DNA of 60,712 bases from an uncultured Verrucomicrobiota bacterium (GTDB lineage Bacteria > Verrucomicrobiota > Kiritimatiellia > RFP12 > UBA1067), in the NCBI GenBank assembly GCA_946623785.1, contig CAMORM010000002.1, positions 1 through 60,712 on the forward strand, read 5' to 3'. Numbering within the stretch: position 1 is the first letter of the stretch; the number at the start of each line of letters is the position of its first letter. The position numbers and the translations under genes are program-made. The notes under the pieces were generated by a model. That model worked only from the letters and a program-made list of their open reading frames with translations, ran no database searches and was not told the DNA's origin. This document shows, in pieces, positions 58,197 to 60,712 of the stretch.

Positions 58197-58257
58197 CTCT
58201 GCGTTAAAACGGGAATTGGGAATTCGTGGTTCGTGGCTCGTGGTAATTGGGAATTGG
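58197..58257 (+). repeat. Composite micro-repeat block and outer inverted-repeat arm
   Basis: CTCTGCGTTAAAA (58197..58209) is the perfect inverse of 60315..60327. It is followed by GGGAATTGGGAATT, CGTGGTT CGTGGCT CGTGGTA, and ATTGGGAATTGG. Confidence 0.75.
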
Positions 58258-58379
58258 CTTGCGCTGCGCGCAGACGACAGGGGGCGACTTTGGGCTTGCG
58301 GCTCGGTCGGCAGGCATTAGCCTCGGTCCCGGACTTGTCGCCTGGCGGCGACGGGCCGAGTCTAAGCGCCTATCCTCCC
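58258..58379 (+). repeat. ~124-nt direct repeat R1, copy b
   Basis: See 56399..56522. Ends 5 nt before the RHS-homologous segment. Confidence 0.85.
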
Positions 58380-58383
58380 CGAG

Positions 58384-58620
58384 GCGTACATTGGCGAAGT
58401 TTGGTATACTATTGCCAGAAACTAGATGACGTACAATGAACATGGCAAGCGCATCCGAAGCGAGAACCTTGCCGGGCGGATTGCGACAACGGTTGCGCAA
58501 GGGAAAGGCGGCCTTGGGCTGAAAACGGACATGGCATATACAGTGAAGCATATACAGAAGGGGCCGACCTTTTTGGCCAATGGAATGTCGGAGAAGTGCA
58601 ATGATTGTTGCAAGGAGTAG
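58384..58620 (+). pseudogene. Second RHS-derived fragment with a short tip, interrupted by an in-frame TAG
   Basis: Reads AYIGEVWYTIARN*MTYNEHGKRIRSENLAGRIATT. It is homologous at nt and aa level to 53422..53530 (AYIDGIWYTIARNQMTYNTTGKRITSENLTGQVTTT). TAG 58423 replaces CAG. ORF 58426..58620 could still be translated from the conserved ATG. Confidence 0.5.
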
Positions 58621-58624
58621 AGTC

Positions 58625-58855
58625 ATGATTCTGAAAATTCTATTAGGCTTAGCCTCTTTTATGGCTATTCATTCATTGACCATGATGCACATGTGCCACG
58701 TCGGACTGAAATGCGATAATTCGAGTGAAATGACGTCGGAGTGTCTAGAAATGATTTCAAGTAATTATTCGGCATGGTGTGTTTCGGCTGCACTTGCATT
58801 TGCGATGGTTCTGATATGTTGTTTGTCGATGATCTTCCGAAGGTTCAAACGATAG
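58625..58855 (+). CDS. Small two-TM hypothetical protein coupled to the RHS remnant (candidate immunity protein)
   Basis: ATG 58625 lies 8 nt after GGAG, which overlaps the upstream TAG; this is the same geometry as at 54397..54412. AT-rich. Hydrophobic helices at both ends. Confidence 0.4.
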   Translation: MILKILLGLASFMAIHSLTMMHMCHVGLKCDNSSEMTSECLEMISSNYSAWCVSAALAFAMVLICCLSMIFRRFKR

Positions 58856-58874
58856 CTTAAAGGTATGTAAATAT

Positions 58875-58972
58875 GCTCTGACCCTTTTGCCCCCCGCATT
58901 ATCCAATATCCAGTGGTCGCGGAAATTGGATATTGGGTATTGGCTGTTGGATACTGGATATTTGCACATTGC
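58875..58972 (+). repeat. Left composite inverted-repeat arm of the DUF805/proteolipid cassette
   Basis: GCTCTGACCCTT (58875..58886) is the inverse of 60274..60285. There is a local 10-bp palindrome CCAATATCCA..TGGATATTGG (58903..58936). TGTTGGATACTGGATATT (58945..58962) is the inverse of 60150..60167. Confidence 0.8.
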
Positions 58973-59030
58973 GGGAAGTGCCTATATCCAATCAAAAGAA
59001 TCAAAAGAGTAACTCAGGTCTGATGGAGGA

Positions 59031-59594
59031 ATGAAAGAAATGAAATGCTTTTCGTGTGGCGAAGAACTGTTTGACAACGGCGAAGAACGTTTTCCGTGTC
59101 CGTACTGCGGGGCGGAGGTCTCGCGTTCGCAGACGGCTTCGACGGCAATGCGGCAAGACGACGATTCAAGCAACAGGGCCAACCGCCGTGAGTTCTGGCT
59201 AAAGACGCTTTTGCTGTTGGTGTTTGTCTTGGCCGTAATCGCATTCGGAAAATCATTTGAGGCGGAATTGCCGATATGTCTCGGTATCGCGCTCATTGGC
59301 TCGTGTGTGGTAGTGACGTTGTTTTACGCGTTTGGCGTTGTGCGCAGACGCCTGCACGACTTTGGATGGTCCGGGTGGTGGATTCTGCTGTATGTTTTAC
59401 TGCAGAATGTCTTCAAGAACGTAAGCCGTTCTTTCTATGATGATGTATGGTCGTGGGTCGAGCTGGTGGCCCTTATTTTAGTTGGCGTGCTGCCGGGAAC
59501 GCCTGGCAGAAATGAATACGGCACCCAGCCTCCCCCAAAGCAGTTTCCCTTCTGGCCGTGGAAAAAGGCGGGAGATGAGGGACCCTTGCGATAG
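59031..59594 (+). CDS. Zinc-ribbon plus DUF805-family inner-membrane protein
   Basis: N-terminal CFSCG..CPYCG ribbon. DUF805 strings RREFW..., RRRLHDFGWSGWWILL and PGTPGRNEYG. ATG 59040 is an alternative start. Confidence 0.7.
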   Translation: MKEMKCFSCGEELFDNGEERFPCPYCGAEVSRSQTASTAMRQDDDSSNRANRREFWLKTLLLLVFVLAVIAFGKSFEAELPICLGIALIGSCVVVTLFYAFGVVRRRLHDFGWSGWWILLYVLLQNVFKNVSRSFYDDVWSWVELVALILVGVLPGTPGRNEYGTQPPPKQFPFWPWKKAGDEGPLR

Positions 59595-59663
59595 AGGGTT
59601 CGAATTGACAGTCTGATAGCGAATGTGGCATACTGTTTTTCACTTGAAGAAGGAGATGCAAGA

Positions 59664-60128
59664 ATGAACATGTTCGAAAACCCGGTGTTGGTGAGGGGAG
59701 TCGCGATTGCCTCGGCAGGCGTCGTGGTGGGGCTTCTGATCTCGGTCTGCAGGGGGCTCGGCCGGCTTGTCTGGAAATACAAGCAGGAAGCCGCGTCCGT
59801 GCCCATGGAAGAGCTGCTGCCGGCGATAGGGATGGCCTTCGCGCCAGTCACCAAGCTTTTCTACGCCTTCGTCGCGACTACGGTCCTGCTTCAGCGGAAT
59901 CTTGCGGAATCGGAGCTTTCGACAGTGTCGACTCTGGCCTGCGGAGTGTTTGCGGCGGTTGCCGTCGTGCAGGGGGCGTTGGCGGCGAAGCTGATCAACA
60001 CGCCGACGGCGAAGGAGGGGCTGGTCGGCACGTTCGAGTTCAAGATGGCGATACTGGGCGCAGTAGAGACCTTGGCGGTGTTTGCGCTCGTCGGCACAAT
60101 CATCGTCTCCGCAAGGCCTTCCGCATGA
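59664..60128 (+). CDS. Four-helix proteolipid resembling the V/A-type ATPase K (c) subunit
   Basis: AAGGAG RBS. 154 aa forming two helical hairpins. The second hairpin carries Glu in a c-ring-like context (MAILGAVETLAVFALVGTII). The first hairpin lacks the acidic residue, as in duplicated V-type K subunits. No other ATPase gene is in the window. Confidence 0.45.
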   Translation: MNMFENPVLVRGVAIASAGVVVGLLISVCRGLGRLVWKYKQEAASVPMEELLPAIGMAFAPVTKLFYAFVATTVLLQRNLAESELSTVSTLACGVFAAVAVVQGALAAKLINTPTAKEGLVGTFEFKMAILGAVETLAVFALVGTIIVSARPSA

Positions 60129-60130
60129 TG

Positions 60131-60327
60131 TGCAAATGTGCAATTATCCAATATCCAGTATCCAACATCCAATTCCCAATAAATGGAGGAACGGAACAAT
60201 GACCAGAAGACAGGCGGGGATCATATCGGTGGTGGCGTTTGCCGCGCTACTTAAGCCTATGGGGGAATGAAGGAAGGGTCAGAGCTTATTGATACACCCA
60301 ATTGCCAATTGCGATTTTAACGCAGAG
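60131..60327 (+). repeat. Right composite inverted-repeat arm
   Basis: Contains AATATCCAGTATCCAACA (60150..60167), AAGGGTCAGAGC (60274..60285) and TTTTAACGCAGAG (60315..60327). Each is a perfect inverse of a left-side segment. Confidence 0.8.
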
Positions 60328-60387
60328 TTGCAGAGTAGCAGAGGGTGCTGTGGAGTTGGCTCGCTTCGCGAGCGCGCCGGGGAGCAG

Positions 60388-60441
60388 AACCACCAAACCA
60401 CAAAACCACCTAACCACTTAACCACCCAACCATTTAGCCAT
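60388..60441 (+). repeat. Strictly 8-nt-phased AACCAC array (six copies plus one degenerate)
   Basis: AACCAC/AACCAT start at 60388, 60396, 60404, 60412, 60420 and 60428, and AGCCAT at 60436. This is the inverse of the CGTGGTT arrays at 56311 and 58225. Confidence 0.85.
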
Positions 60442-60457
60442 GTGTAACAATTCGCTT

Positions 60458-60712
60458 GCTGCTTTCAAGAGGGAAAGCGGCGAAGCCGCCTATAAAACAA
60501 ACCTAGGGAATTGATTGCGCTTCAGGCGTGCGAAGCTAGGCGGAACGGGAATGCGCCCGCGCCGAAGGCGTCGGGTTGGCCGAGGGCGAAGCCCGAGCCG
60601 CTAAGCGGCCGCAAGGGCCCGCGTGGAGCAAATTTTGCGAAGCGTCGGAGTTAACTGAGAAGGCAGCGCCCAAGAGGCGGAGAGATCGGCAATCCATCTC
60701 GCCTCGACAGAA
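60458..60712 (+). ncRNA. Candidate structured RNA of unknown class, truncated by the window end
   Basis: No plausible ORF. There is a dense series of short GC stems capped by GAA/UAA/GCAAG loops: GCGGC-GAA-GCCGC 60477..60489, CCCGCGCC-GAA-GGCGTCGGG 60556..60575, GGGC-GAA-GCCC 60584..60594, GCCGC-TAA-GCGGC 60597..60609, and 60676..60703. Confidence 0.3.

Noticed and set aside
56399-58379. The 124-nt repeat pair considered as the template/variable repeats of a diversity-generating retroelement.
   Set aside because: The differences are not adenine-specific (t/a, a/t, t/c, c/t and indels). Neither copy lies in an ORF, and no reverse transcriptase is present.
59597-59605. GGTTCGAAT, a tRNA T-loop-like string after the DUF805 gene.
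   Set aside because: The flanking bases cannot form a T-stem, and no acceptor or anticodon arms are present.
58197-60327. GTTAAAA / TTTTAAC motifs considered as integron attC core and inverse-core sites (a cassette array lacking an integrase).
   Set aside because: The two motifs are 2.1 kb apart and in the wrong order for a single attC. No partner palindrome lies within 60-140 nt, and the sequence does not fit GTTRRRY exactly.
60388-60441. A periodic array considered as a possible CRISPR or mini-CRISPR.
   Set aside because: The period is 8 nt with no spacers. This is far below CRISPR repeat/spacer dimensions, and there are no cas genes.
60340-60712. RNase P RNA, SRP RNA or tmRNA at the island end (terminal ..GACAGAA, an early GGGTGCTG, and GGGGAGC).
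   Set aside because: The universally conserved blocks are absent: GAGGAAAGUCCGG of RNase P, the GGAA-capped domain IV of SRP RNA, and the tRNA-like ends and tag ORF of tmRNA. The region is kept only as an unclassified structured-RNA candidate.

Overview
GC-rich bacterial chromosomal segment. The protein styles suggest a PVC-superphylum organism (Verrucomicrobiota, Kiritimatiellota or Lentisphaerota); this is inference only. They include a giant autotransporter-associated beta-strand-repeat protein, an ExbB with a signal peptide, an exosortase with a PEP-CTERM-type tail, and many TPR/HEAT envelope proteins.

Layout:
(1) 0.2-46.1 kb holds 37 co-directional plus-strand genes. Most are housekeeping: clpB, cysK, rpsB-tsf, tig-clpP-clpX, panD, fmt, proB, nth. 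Envelope and regulatory modules are interleaved with them:
- an ABC solute-binding/permease fusion, a mini-exosortase and a polytopic VIT protein with a PEP-CTERM-like tail (3.9-9.7 kb);
- a 1448-aa secreted protein with an internal duplication;
- a translationally coupled Ser/Thr kinase and ECF-type sigma factor;
- a tight 9.3-kb operon of two TPR proteins, ExbB, two ExbD, a TonB-like anchor fused to a terpene-cyclase-like toroid, and LolE/LolD.
(2) 46.3-53.3 kb is a minus-strand operon: an EEP-GDPD fusion phosphoesterase, a 1380-aa beta-strand-repeat protein and an LD-carboxypeptidase.
(3) 53.3-60.7 kb is an accessory island of mixed GC content. It holds RHS/YD-derived gene fragments joined to AT-rich tips, each with a coupled small membrane ORF. 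It also holds an AAA_14/DUF4143 ATPase, a HEAT-like protein, a DUF805 protein and a lone V-type proteolipid-like gene. The units are separated by an unusual family of direct and inverted repeats and strictly phased 7-8-nt micro-arrays. The island ends in a hairpin-dense non-coding tract that is cut by the window edge.

A recurring TGnTAnAAT extended -10 box sits 6-9 nt upstream of five start codons, which suggests leaderless mRNAs. No rRNA, tRNA, CRISPR array, transposase or integrase was recognised.
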